54,676 nt of DNA from Candidatus Woesearchaeota archaeon (GTDB lineage: Archaea; Nanobdellota; Nanobdellia; Pacearchaeales; GW2011-AR1): the NCBI GenBank assembly GCA_964440825.1, contig CAYYKU010000001.1, positions 1 to 54,676 on the forward strand, in the 5' to 3' direction. The position numbers and the translations under genes are program-made. The notes beneath the pieces are model-generated. The model ran no database searches and was not told the DNA's origin. It worked only from the letters and a program-made list of their open reading frames with translations. Positions 8,934-17,639 of the stretch are shown piece after piece. The first letter of the stretch is position 1. Each line of letters opens with the position of its first letter.

Positions 8934-9033
8934 CCTATAGCTGTTTAAACAACCTTCTAAAAAAGAGATAGCATATTTTCACAAAACTAAGTAATTAATA
9001 AAAATTATTAACTAAGGTTAGCAAAGTTATTCT

Positions 9034-9237
9034 TTATTTTTCAGGCATACAAAACTCGGTAGTTACTTCTTCCAATGTTCCGCTGCAAACTCTACAAGGG
9101 CCTTGGTCGTGATCTATACAAAATCCTTCTTCATGTCTGCATGCCAAACAAGTACATGGTAAACCATAGCAGGCGTAACCTTTTTGATCGCTCAATGGAA
9201 AATTATAAGGGTTTGAATTTTTTAGTATTTCTTTCAT
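9034..9237 (-). CDS. small Cys-rich protein (9 Cys in 67 aa), probable metal-binding
   Basis: MKEILKNSNPYNFPLSDQKGYACYGLPCTCLACRHEEGFCIDHDQGPCRVCSGTLEEVTTEFCMPEK. No family recognised. Confidence 0.4.
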   Translation of the reverse strand: MKEILKNSNPYNFPLSDQKGYACYGLPCTCLACRHEEGFCIDHDQGPCRVCSGTLEEVTTEFCMPEK

Positions 9238-9318
9238 TTCAAATTAAACTTTTTATTGTTTTTATTGTTATCTAATTTCTTCCAAAATCTATTTAAACCG
9301 TGGTTCGTACAATCTAGT

Positions 9319-9822
9319 ATGAAAAAAAAAGTTGTTGTAAATGATTTGATGCAAAAAAATTATTTTTATTTTTTAACTGAGCCAACCGGTAAAAATTTTG
9401 ATCCAGAGTTCAAACCAGAGTTAACACCCAAACAGATGTTGGAGCTAGGTGTTTTTAGCGGAAAGTACATGACGGACTGCAAAAAAGAGTTTCCTTCGTC
9501 TTGGTTCGCACAATCCAAACTTTCACCACTTTATCCGCAAGATGCTCTAAATTTCTTCAAAGTTCATGCATCTCAGCCACTCTCTGTTTGGCAAGAAAAA
9601 GGATGGATATATCACGAGGATCCTCGTGGTTGGTTTCAGTGGTACTGTCGTTACTTTATGGGTCGAAGATGTCCGGATGATCAAAGACAAATCAAACGTT
9701 GGAAAGCAATCAAGCGACACATTTCTCAACTAAACAAACATTGTAAAAAGGGAGATTTTTCTTGTCGCCCAGTTCAACGACAAGCGATTCTTCATTGGGC
9801 TTATGATTCTAGAAAACTATAA
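9319..9822 (+). CDS. conserved hypothetical protein
   Basis: I prefer the ATG at 9319 (MKKKVVVNDL...) over the track start at 9256. Distinctive block EDPRGWFQWYCRYFMGRRCPDDQRQIKRWKAIKRH; I cannot name the family with confidence. Its stop overlaps the GNAT start. Confidence 0.5.
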   Translation: MKKKVVVNDLMQKNYFYFLTEPTGKNFDPEFKPELTPKQMLELGVFSGKYMTDCKKEFPSSWFAQSKLSPLYPQDALNFFKVHASQPLSVWQEKGWIYHEDPRGWFQWYCRYFMGRRCPDDQRQIKRWKAIKRHISQLNKHCKKGDFSCRPVQRQAILHWAYDSRKL

Positions 9823-10286
9823 TGGTAAAGCAATTTTTTAGAAAAGCTAAACTTTCTGACGCTCGGGAACTTTCCGAAATTAGGAGAAGCGTTTTTGGTA
9901 ATATTCCTGGAGAAAATTATAATAAGAAATTAATTGAGGTTTTAACCCAAGACTATTCTCCTGAGAATATCAAGAAAAAAATTAAAAAATATCTGACTTT
10001 TTGCTTGGTTAGTGGCCATGAGATAATTGGTTCCGTTTCTTTACAAGGTTCAGAAGTAAAAGGAGTATTTGTAAAATTTACTTATACTCGAAAGGGGATT
10101 GGCACTAAACTAATGAATTTTATTGAAGAATATGCAAGGAAAAAAGGGTTAAAAAAAGTTCATCTTTGGTCTGCAGAAAAGGCGAAAGGATTTTATAAAA
10201 ATTTAGGATATAAACTTATAAAAAAAGTTTCAAAGCCGTATAAAGGCATAAGAAATGTAAACTTTGTTATGGAGAAAAAATTATGA
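9822..10286 (+). CDS. GNAT family N-acetyltransferase
   Basis: 154 aa. Acetyl-CoA motif A RKGIGTKLMNFIEEYARKKG and a C-terminal FYKNLGY. Confidence 0.8.
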   Translation: MVKQFFRKAKLSDARELSEIRRSVFGNIPGENYNKKLIEVLTQDYSPENIKKKIKKYLTFCLVSGHEIIGSVSLQGSEVKGVFVKFTYTRKGIGTKLMNFIEEYARKKGLKKVHLWSAEKAKGFYKNLGYKLIKKVSKPYKGIRNVNFVMEKKL

Positions 10287-11116
10287 ACACCGAAGAATTT
10301 CTAAAAAAACTTGAAATAGAACTTAAAATTTCTAAAAATTCTCAATATACTATCCGAAATTATTTAGATGCAAATAAACAACTGTTTGAACAATTAAACA
10401 AACAGCCGGAAGAAATAGAAGTCGACGATGTTAAACAGTTCATGGCAGAAAAATTAACTGAAAAATCTTCTTCATCTATTATTTTATTTTTAGCAGCAAT
10501 AAAATATGCATACACTAATATTTTAAAAAAAGATGTTACTTTAGGAATCAAACGGCCTAAAAAAGAAAAAAGAATCCCAACAGTAATGACTAAGGAAGAA
10601 GTTAAACGACTAATAAACAGCATTTACAGCGATAAAAGCCGTTTAATGGTCTCGATGCTATATGCTTGTGGTTTTCGTATATCGGAATTAATTAACTTAA
10701 ACATCGCCGATCTGAATTTTCTAGAAAAAACAGGTATGGTTAAACAAGCAAAAGGAAAAAAAGACAGAGTGTTTAATATTCCTGAATTTTTAGTTGCGGA
10801 CTTAAACAAACAAATTGAGTTTCAAAAAAAATTAAATCACGAATTATTATTCTCAAACGAAGAAACTGGTAAAAAACTTTCAGCTTCAAATATTGAAAAA
10901 ATCGTTAGAAAAGCCGTCAAACGGGCAGGAATTCAAAAAGATATACATTGTCATACGCTTAGACATTCTTTTGCAACACATTTATTAGAGAACGGAGTAG
11001 ACTTGAGAACTATTCAAACGCTTTTAGGTCATTCATCCATTTCAACTACAGAATTATACACTCATATAAGTAACCAGCAGATAAAAAATGTTAAAAGTCC
11101 TATAGATAGTTTATAA
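10283..11116 (+). CDS. xerA: tyrosine recombinase, XerA/XerC/XerD type
   Basis: 277 aa. N-terminal SAM-like core-binding domain. Catalytic region GFRISELINL...HTLRHSFATHLLENGVDLRTIQTLLGHSSISTTELYTH (R..HxxR..H..Y). ATGA overlap with the GNAT gene. Confidence 0.85.
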   Translation: MNTEEFLKKLEIELKISKNSQYTIRNYLDANKQLFEQLNKQPEEIEVDDVKQFMAEKLTEKSSSSIILFLAAIKYAYTNILKKDVTLGIKRPKKEKRIPTVMTKEEVKRLINSIYSDKSRLMVSMLYACGFRISELINLNIADLNFLEKTGMVKQAKGKKDRVFNIPEFLVADLNKQIEFQKKLNHELLFSNEETGKKLSASNIEKIVRKAVKRAGIQKDIHCHTLRHSFATHLLENGVDLRTIQTLLGHSSISTTELYTHISNQQIKNVKSPIDSL

Positions 11117-12568
11117 TTAATTCTTCATATAAATTTTATAAGCTTCTTTCATCCATTGCAAATCAAATATATTAATTACTTCTGTTCTCGGGTGATGAAG
11201 TCCACAAACAGGAATACCTACATTCAAAAAAGGCATAGTGTCTCTAAATGAATCATACATTTGTGCACTATTTCCCCAAGCTCTTCCATCAACAGGAGTA
11301 TAATCTCCTCCAATTTGATATCTATAATTTTTTTCTTTTCCAGGAATCTTCTTTTTCAATAATGAAGTAAAATTATCTACATGTTTTGGAGAGGTAGTTA
11401 TTCCTGCATTAATCATTATGCCCCAGCCTGTTCGCGAAGACCTGTCTATATCTACTAATCCATATCTGTCATCTAGCTCTTCAGGCCCCAGCCCAACACC
11501 TACATCAGCACATATTGCAGGCATGCCACCCATAAGTCCTCTGTTTAACGCCGAAGGTAGTTCTATCTTTCCACCTTCTTCTCCATAAACAACTTTTAAA
11601 GTTTCCCTCATTACATTTTCAAAAAAACCCATATAGTTTGCAGAATTTCCAATACTACCTATTTCTTCATTATCTAAAGCAAAAACCATTGTGGTATTAT
11701 CATTATCTAATAATGTTTCTAAACTTGCTTGGAGTCCTGCCCAAACACAACACCTATCATCATGTCCAAAGCCCCCTAACTCATACCCTAATAGTTTTCC
11801 ATTTTTTTCCATACTGGGTAGGCAGTATAGTCTGGCGCTTGCAAAGTCATCTGCACTTTCTATTCCTAATTTTTGATAGAGCTCTTCAATATTCGAAGAT
11901 GCAGTGCTTACTTTAAGTCCTTCAAATGTCTTCATAATTAAAGGATGGTCAGTATGTAATGATTTTTGTTTTATTCTTCCAGGCATCGAGATTCTTTTTT
12001 CTTTTCCATTTATATAAATTTTCCCCACTATTTCTACATCCATCCCGTACCAATCTTCCGGCCTTATTCCTCCAAAGGGTTCTGTGCATAAAGAGATTGT
12101 GGGAGTACGAAGTTCTCTCCTATAATCCTGTGCTCCAAAAACAGGGTTTACTGGAATTCTTAAAGAAGGAACATCCGAATGAGCAATAATTATTCTAAAG
12201 GGTTTTTCTTTTTTTCCAGGTTTTACCATTGCAAAAGAATTTCCTATAGCGCCATTTATCCCCATATCTTCATCGCTTACAAAGAAGGGTTTCTCTCCAG
12301 AGACTCTGCTTTCAATTCCCTTACTCTGTGCAATGCTTCTTGCTTTTTCTACAGAATCAGAAATAAGTTTTTCTTGGATAAATTGCATATATTGTGGAAG
12401 TGTCTGTTCAATTAATTCCTTTACAATTTTTTTTGGAACATCTTCTGTTGCAGGTTGTAATGCATCAAAATTGCTAGCCTCATAATCATTTAATGATACC
12501 ACAAAAAAGGATATATCTTTAGTTTTTAAAGGATTTATATTGTCTAGAATATATGTTAAAAAGTTCAT
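11117..12568 (-). CDS. M18-family (aspartyl/aminopeptidase I-like) zinc aminopeptidase
   Basis: 483 aa. IIAHSDVPSL, GHDDRCCVW, LDNEEIGS and GLHHPRT match the metal-ligand blocks of M18/M42 aminopeptidases. Confidence 0.7.
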   Translation of the reverse strand: MNFLTYILDNINPLKTKDISFFVVSLNDYEASNFDALQPATEDVPKKIVKELIEQTLPQYMQFIQEKLISDSVEKARSIAQSKGIESRVSGEKPFFVSDEDMGINGAIGNSFAMVKPGKKEKPFRIIIAHSDVPSLRIPVNPVFGAQDYRRELRTPTISLCTEPFGGIRPEDWYGMDVEIVGKIYINGKEKRISMPGRIKQKSLHTDHPLIMKTFEGLKVSTASSNIEELYQKLGIESADDFASARLYCLPSMEKNGKLLGYELGGFGHDDRCCVWAGLQASLETLLDNDNTTMVFALDNEEIGSIGNSANYMGFFENVMRETLKVVYGEEGGKIELPSALNRGLMGGMPAICADVGVGLGPEELDDRYGLVDIDRSSRTGWGIMINAGITTSPKHVDNFTSLLKKKIPGKEKNYRYQIGGDYTPVDGRAWGNSAQMYDSFRDTMPFLNVGIPVCGLHHPRTEVINIFDLQWMKEAYKIYMKN

Positions 12569-12618
12569 TTAGGGCCGCCACTCTTTAAGAAAGGTTAATA
12601 AATTTTATGTTTAAGTTA

Positions 12619-13017
12619 TTATTTAAGAAAACTGAAACCCGTTAAATAAACATAAATTATAATGCCTATAAGGATAATAATTCCTGTAAAAATTAATAAA
12701 GTAAAAGATAATTCTAGAGAATCTGTTTGTTCTCTTAGTAAAATAAGTTCGTCTTTATTTGCTTTTCCGATTCCTGTTAAGTCTTCATCCCAATCTCTTC
12801 TCTTTAAATAACCTATAATTGCAAAACTCCCTCCAAAAACAATAATCGCAGGTATCAGAAAAAGCAATCCTAAAATAGTCCAGCCAACCCCTATCAAGAA
12901 CATAATATAGTAATCAATTAACCTATGTTTATATTTGTAATTCAAAAAACCAAAAGCAATTGCCATAATGAGAGAAACTATAAATATTATCAGTAGTAAA
13001 ATTATATTCTGTATCAT
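12619..13017 (-). CDS. membrane protein, unknown function
   Basis: 132 aa with four hydrophobic segments. Confidence 0.45.
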   Translation of the reverse strand: MIQNIILLLIIFIVSLIMAIAFGFLNYKYKHRLIDYYIMFLIGVGWTILGLLFLIPAIIVFGGSFAIIGYLKRRDWDEDLTGIGKANKDELILLREQTDSLELSFTLLIFTGIIILIGIIIYVYLTGFSFLK

Positions 13018-13102
13018 TCTTATTACTATTATAGGAAATTTATAAACCTTAGTTATTCTGTTAAAACCTTACTTTTTTAAACCAGCCATTACTTACCTTC
13101 AT

Positions 13103-13642
13103 ATGGCTTGTGAAAAATGTGGTTATCATGACAAAAAAGAAGGGGAAAAGTTAAATTCAAAATTATGTAGGCTTTGTTTGATGTTTGCTCCAGAAAACGA
13201 GTCAGATTTTCAAAATTATCTTTCTGAGAAAATAGATTGGAAACTTTTAGAAACTTTTAGAAAATATGGGCAATCTACTGGATCTCGTCAGAAAAAAGGA
13301 ATGGATGAAAAAGCAAAGCAAGGAAAAATAATGACGCGGGTTGCTCTTGGTTATTCTTTAGTCAATGAATCTCTTATCCCTAATGAATTTGCATCAAAAG
13401 TTCATTCTATATTTAGGACTTTCTTGAATCAGAATTATTCTTTAAACAATATGGCTAAACATTATAGTCTTTCTGTAAATGGTTTAAAGAAAGTTTTAAA
13501 GAACAGAACTTATTTGGGTGAAGTAAAGTTTGCAGGAAATTTGTACAAATCAAATCATTCTGCAATTATTAATCCTGAAATATTTTATGCAGTTCAAAGA
13601 AAGTTGGTTGAAATAAGTAAAAAACGAAAAATAGTCAATTAG
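13103..13642 (+). CDS. zinc-ribbon protein with a serine-recombinase 'recombinase' (PF07508-like) domain and no resolvase catalytic domain
   Basis: 179 aa. N-terminal CxxC...CxxC (CEKCGYHDKKEGEKLNSKLCRLC). Then GKIMTRVALGYSL..SLIPNEFASKVHSIFRTFLNQNYSLNNMAKHYSLSVNGLKKVLKNRTYLGEVKF, the pattern found downstream of the catalytic domain in large serine recombinases. Confidence 0.5.
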   Translation: MACEKCGYHDKKEGEKLNSKLCRLCLMFAPENESDFQNYLSEKIDWKLLETFRKYGQSTGSRQKKGMDEKAKQGKIMTRVALGYSLVNESLIPNEFASKVHSIFRTFLNQNYSLNNMAKHYSLSVNGLKKVLKNRTYLGEVKFAGNLYKSNHSAIINPEIFYAVQRKLVEISKKRKIVN

Positions 13643-14412
13643 TCTTCTGATTCTAAACAAATTCTTTTGATAGTCTCTAGATATGTTTTTTCGCCATTTA
13701 TTGTCCAATCTTTTATTGCTTCTACCAAGTAGGTTTGGTTTACTCCCATATAATTTCCGAGCCTCTTAATATCGTATAAGTCGTGTTCCATTCTTAAGTG
13801 AATGATATCTAGTTCGGTTCTATCCAGGGAAGAAACCAATCTTTCTTTTTCTTCTTCTATATGTTCTTTAAGTTCGGGGATTGTTCTTATTTGGGGAAAC
13901 TCCAGTGACGATTGGTTTGAAAATTTAAAAATTCTGGCCAATTTTCTGACTATTAAGTCTTCAGGACTTAAAACAGAATATTCTAAATTGCCTTTAATAA
14001 TATTCCTTCTATTGGCAAATTCTCTCTCTATAGAATGTCTGTTTTTTCCTAAAGAAGGTTGGGATCTTCGCTGGTGTTGTATCATAAATCTTTGTCCATC
14101 TAAAGAGTAATTTATATCAAGAGTAGAATTTTCTTTTTTCCTTCCAACATCATATCCTTTCTCTTGTAATCTTGTAATCAGTGGTTTAACTTTACTCCAG
14201 AATTCTACGGTATTTCCTCCCCACAGCATATTAAAATCTAGATCAATAGTGTATCTATTAGTTCCTTCTGGTAAATATGATGATACAGCCATCCCGCCAG
14301 AGATTAAAATAGGTGTTCCGTCTTTTTGCTCTATTCTATTTATTGCTTCAATACCATCTAGAACTATTTGATCTTCCAAAACATGACTATCTAATAAAAA
14401 ATTTTTACCCAT
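13639..14412 (-). CDS. AbiEii/DUF1814-like nucleotidyltransferase
   Basis: 257 aa. ILISGGMAVSSYLPEGTNRYTIDLDFNM matches the hGG(S/T)...R.T.D.DF NTase signature of PF08843. Confidence 0.6.
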   Translation of the reverse strand: MGKNFLLDSHVLEDQIVLDGIEAINRIEQKDGTPILISGGMAVSSYLPEGTNRYTIDLDFNMLWGGNTVEFWSKVKPLITRLQEKGYDVGRKKENSTLDINYSLDGQRFMIQHQRRSQPSLGKNRHSIEREFANRRNIIKGNLEYSVLSPEDLIVRKLARIFKFSNQSSLEFPQIRTIPELKEHIEEEKERLVSSLDRTELDIIHLRMEHDLYDIKRLGNYMGVNQTYLVEAIKDWTINGEKTYLETIKRICLESED

Positions 14413-14435
14413 TCGAATATAGTTTTATAGGCATT

Positions 14436-15410
14436 TTATTCTATTTCTATTTTAATATGTTTAATTCCTGGATAATTTTTAACAATATTATCTAATGTTC
14501 TAAAAGGCATTTCACCAACCAGTTTTACATTTTTACCAAGTCTATCTATTTTAATTTGAAAAGGTAGTTGTCTCGCTCTGAAATAGTTTGTTAATTTATG
14601 CTTTAATCCGATGCCTGCCCCTGGATGTTCATAATCTGCTTTAATATTATATACTGTTATTCCTGCTAACTTATTTTCTGCACCTCTTAAAGCAGCTAGT
14701 TCCTTTCTTCCTAAAAAATCATAAAATTGAAGCTGAAACTTATCTGGATTTTGATAAGAATAAAGATCGTCTCTTGAATCTGCACTCCTATTTTTAAAGC
14801 CCTCTATTGCTCCAAAGAGATAATTTTTATAATCAGATGATTCTCTATCTGCAATGCTAATTGGTAAAAATCCTTCATTTCTGAGGATTGTATTCATATA
14901 AATTCCTGCAGTTCTTTTATTTCCATTACTAAATGATTGGATTCTCACTAGATGAAAATAATCAAAAATTGCTCTTTCAACAGGGTGCAACTTCATATTT
15001 TTTTCTGCTTCCATTGTTCTTTCTAAATGCGCTCTTATTCTAGTTTCATCTATAGGTGGGACATTTTCTCCTTTCATTTGAGCCATCTCTTTTCGAAAGT
15101 CTGCATAACTTTGTCTTGTGGCCCTTAAGGAAGGCTCGACTCTTCCAGAAATTTCAGTAAGTGTAATTAAATCTAAGTTTTTTACCTTCTGAGTTTGTCC
15201 ATAAAGCCAGGCTTCTCTAAAATTTGCAATTACTTCTTTTTGTCTTTCACAATTGTCTTTATCTTGAAAAGAAATATTTTTTATCGTTTGATCTTCTAAA
15301 TCTTTAAACATTCTCATAGTTGCATTCTCTATTTTAGATGAATCTAGCTTTCTCTTTGCACTATCAATTTCCTGAAGTAATTCTTTCTTTAAAATAGCCA
15401 TAAAAATCAT
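14436..15410 (-). CDS. Fic/DOC-fold protein with a degenerate active-site motif
   Basis: 324 aa. HPVERAIFDYFHLVRIQSFSNGNKRTAGIYMNTILRNEGFLP aligns with the Fic core, but HPFx(D/E)GNGRxxR reads QSFSNGNKRTAG (catalytic His to Gln, second Arg to Gly). Confidence 0.6.
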   Translation of the reverse strand: MIFMAILKKELLQEIDSAKRKLDSSKIENATMRMFKDLEDQTIKNISFQDKDNCERQKEVIANFREAWLYGQTQKVKNLDLITLTEISGRVEPSLRATRQSYADFRKEMAQMKGENVPPIDETRIRAHLERTMEAEKNMKLHPVERAIFDYFHLVRIQSFSNGNKRTAGIYMNTILRNEGFLPISIADRESSDYKNYLFGAIEGFKNRSADSRDDLYSYQNPDKFQLQFYDFLGRKELAALRGAENKLAGITVYNIKADYEHPGAGIGLKHKLTNYFRARQLPFQIKIDRLGKNVKLVGEMPFRTLDNIVKNYPGIKHIKIEIE

Positions 15411-15502
15411 TGTCTAATCTAATATTTAAACCTTTCTATTTGTCACTCCTACAAAGATACAACAATACTAATATTTAAAAAGAAACAAAACGATCATTTT
15501 TT

Positions 15503-16093
15503 ATGGTATTTGAATACAATGGATATATGAAAATGAAAAATCCTGATGGAAATGAGCTGCTATTTGCAAAAAGAACTCCTAAATTTCCTCCCAAAGTAGC
15601 TTATACACTATTAGAGATTGCAAATGATCTCTCCCAAAATAAGAGTGCCCTATATGATCCTTTCTGTGGTAATGGTACAATTCTCACCGTTGCAGGTTTA
15701 AATTTTGAGGGGCAGTTCAAACATTTATTTGGTTCAGATATAGCTTCTGAAGCAGTAGACTCTACAAGATTAAATCTAGCAACTTTTACAAACCTTTCCG
15801 ATCAAGAAATACTCGCTCAGACTGCTGTTATAGACTGTACATATCAGTTTCCTGTAAATCTAATTGGACATATAACAACTATTGTTTCTGATCCTCCCTT
15901 TGGGAAAAGGTGTTCGTTACCTAAAGGAACTCTTGAAAAAGCATTTGCTAATTTTACAAATCAAGATATCTCTAATCTAACTTTTTGTTTTGATGATAAA
16001 ACCCCTCTTCCAACAGGAATCTCTGAACATTATAAAATAAAAAAAGTTTTATCTAGATGGGATCGAGACTTCTATATTGCACAACAAAAATAA
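15503..16093 (+). CDS. small class I SAM-dependent amino-methyltransferase (DPPF motif; N6-A/N2-G type)
   Basis: 196 aa. Motif I DPFCGNGTILTVAG and motif IV SDPPFGKR. No THUMP or other RNA-binding domain. Confidence 0.6.
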   Translation: MVFEYNGYMKMKNPDGNELLFAKRTPKFPPKVAYTLLEIANDLSQNKSALYDPFCGNGTILTVAGLNFEGQFKHLFGSDIASEAVDSTRLNLATFTNLSDQEILAQTAVIDCTYQFPVNLIGHITTIVSDPPFGKRCSLPKGTLEKAFANFTNQDISNLTFCFDDKTPLPTGISEHYKIKKVLSRWDRDFYIAQQK

Positions 16094-16121
16094 TTTCTCA
16101 AATAAAATTCTAGTAAGATAA

Positions 16122-16517
16122 CTATCTGTAAGAAGTTTGTCTTTTCGCTCTTGCCTTAGAATCTCCAGGTTTGTAAGCTTCCTTTCTTCTAATATCCGCA
16201 ACTAACATATTTCTATCATATGCAACAAATGCTAATCTTACTTTTTCATCTTTTGTAAACTCTACTATTGCTCTTGCAATTGCTAATCTAGATGCTTCTA
16301 TTCTTGAAGCAGTCCCGCCGCTTGCAACATTTACAGAAATATCAAAATTCAATTTTCCTAAAACTTGTTCAGCAATAATTAATGGTTCTTTTAATTCTAA
16401 CTGTTGTAACATTGGGAAAGATTCTATCATTTTTTTATTTATTGTAACAATTCCTGTTCCATCTTTTATAGATGCTTTAGCAATTGCTGTTTTTCTTTTA
16501 CCTGAAACGATTATCAT
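16122..16517 (-). CDS. rps9: 30S ribosomal protein uS9
   Basis: 131 aa. GKRKTAIAKA...PGDSKARAKRQTSYR, the typical S9 termini. Confidence 0.95.
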   Translation of the reverse strand: MIIVSGKRKTAIAKASIKDGTGIVTINKKMIESFPMLQQLELKEPLIIAEQVLGKLNFDISVNVASGGTASRIEASRLAIARAIVEFTKDEKVRLAFVAYDRNMLVADIRRKEAYKPGDSKARAKRQTSYR

Positions 16518-16927
16518 ATTTGTTTAACTATTTCTCCAAGTACTACATATTTAATTGGTTTTTTAACAGAACTAGCAGCCACTTTAACTTGTTTTAATTC
16601 ATCTGCTGTTAGCGGCCCATTTCCGATATAACATCTTAATCTATCATAAGCTTCTCTTCCTTTAGACCTATCTCTACTTGGTAACATTCCTCTAATCATT
16701 CTTTTCATAAAAAAGTCTGGAGATCTAGAAACTTTCGGACCTTTCAAACCAATACCGCCCAATGTAATCCACCAGTGTAGGACTTCTTTATTCATTGCTC
16801 TATCTCCGGAAATAATTGCTTTCTCAGCATTGATAATAACTACTTCTTTTCCTTTTAAAAGTTCTTTACAAGCAACACTACCTACTCTTCCAACAATTGC
16901 TCCTTTTGCGTCTAAATAAATTTTCAT
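16514..16927 (-). CDS. rpl13: 50S ribosomal protein uL13
   Basis: 137 aa. DAKGAIVGRVGSVACKELLKGKEVVIINAEKAIISG. Confidence 0.95.
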   Translation of the reverse strand: MKIYLDAKGAIVGRVGSVACKELLKGKEVVIINAEKAIISGDRAMNKEVLHWWITLGGIGLKGPKVSRSPDFFMKRMIRGMLPSRDRSKGREAYDRLRCYIGNGPLTADELKQVKVAASSVKKPIKYVVLGEIVKQI

Positions 16928-17298
16928 TGTAGTATTTTAACTCCTTTTAAGTCTTTATTTGATTTTAATTCATCTGCAAGATATATAAATTCTGCCTTTG
17001 CTTCTTTCATCTTCTCAATTGCTTTTTCAGATGCATCCCAAGAGATTATTTTTACTTTCTTTGTTAAAACACCAGAAGATAATATTTTTCCTGGAACAAA
17101 AACTTTATCGCCTTCTTTTAGCATTTTGTCTAATTGTGTCAAGTTAAAAACAGATTTTTTCTTTCTAGGTGTTGCTAATATTTTTGCAATAATTGGATTT
17201 TCTTTCTTTAATTGAACAATAACATTAATTAACAAAGGGTTTGCCTTTTGTCTCATTCTGTTTTCAATTTTTGTTTTGCTTATTACTATTTTTTTCAT
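16924..17298 (-). CDS. rpl18e: 50S ribosomal protein eL18 (L18e)
   Basis: 124 aa, in the operon position upstream of uL13/uS9. PGKILSSGVLTKKVKIISWDASEKA. Confidence 0.85.
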   Translation of the reverse strand: MKKIVISKTKIENRMRQKANPLLINVIVQLKKENPIIAKILATPRKKKSVFNLTQLDKMLKEGDKVFVPGKILSSGVLTKKVKIISWDASEKAIEKMKEAKAEFIYLADELKSNKDLKGVKILQ

Positions 17299-17501
17299 TT
17301 TGTATAAATCTGCTCAGAAATCATATAATGATTTCCTACTAAATCGCGTTAGCTCGCAGGATAAAATTTACTACTAAACTGCTTTTATAAAGCTTTTGGT
17401 TCAAGCGGCTTTGCACATTAAGTCATTTCTGCACAATAAGTCATCTCTTCGGGCGAAGGTTTAAATAACCTACGAATCGATTATAAATATTAAGAAGTAA
17501 T

Positions 17502-17639
17502 ATGGGCGAAGATAAAGATATTAATGTTGTTAGTAAATTAGAAGAGATTAGAAAAGAATTATTTTGGGTACAATGGTATCTTATTGGGATTAGTTTAGGT
17601 GTTCTAGCTATTGGTTTGAAACTCGTTTCCTCTTTTTAA
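17502..17639 (+). CDS. small membrane peptide (45 aa), transposon passenger
   Basis: MGEDKDINVVSKLEEIRKELFWVQWYLIGISLGVLAIGLKLVSSF. Below the track cutoff; one TM segment. Confidence 0.3.
   Translation: MGEDKDINVVSKLEEIRKELFWVQWYLIGISLGVLAIGLKLVSSF

Noticed and set aside
8712-9312. 12-nt exact direct repeat TGGTTCGTACAA at 8712-8723 and 9301-9312, bracketing the Cys-rich gene
   Set aside because: A single 12-mer match within 600 bp is not clearly beyond chance in 55 kb, and there are no associated inverted repeats or recombinase.
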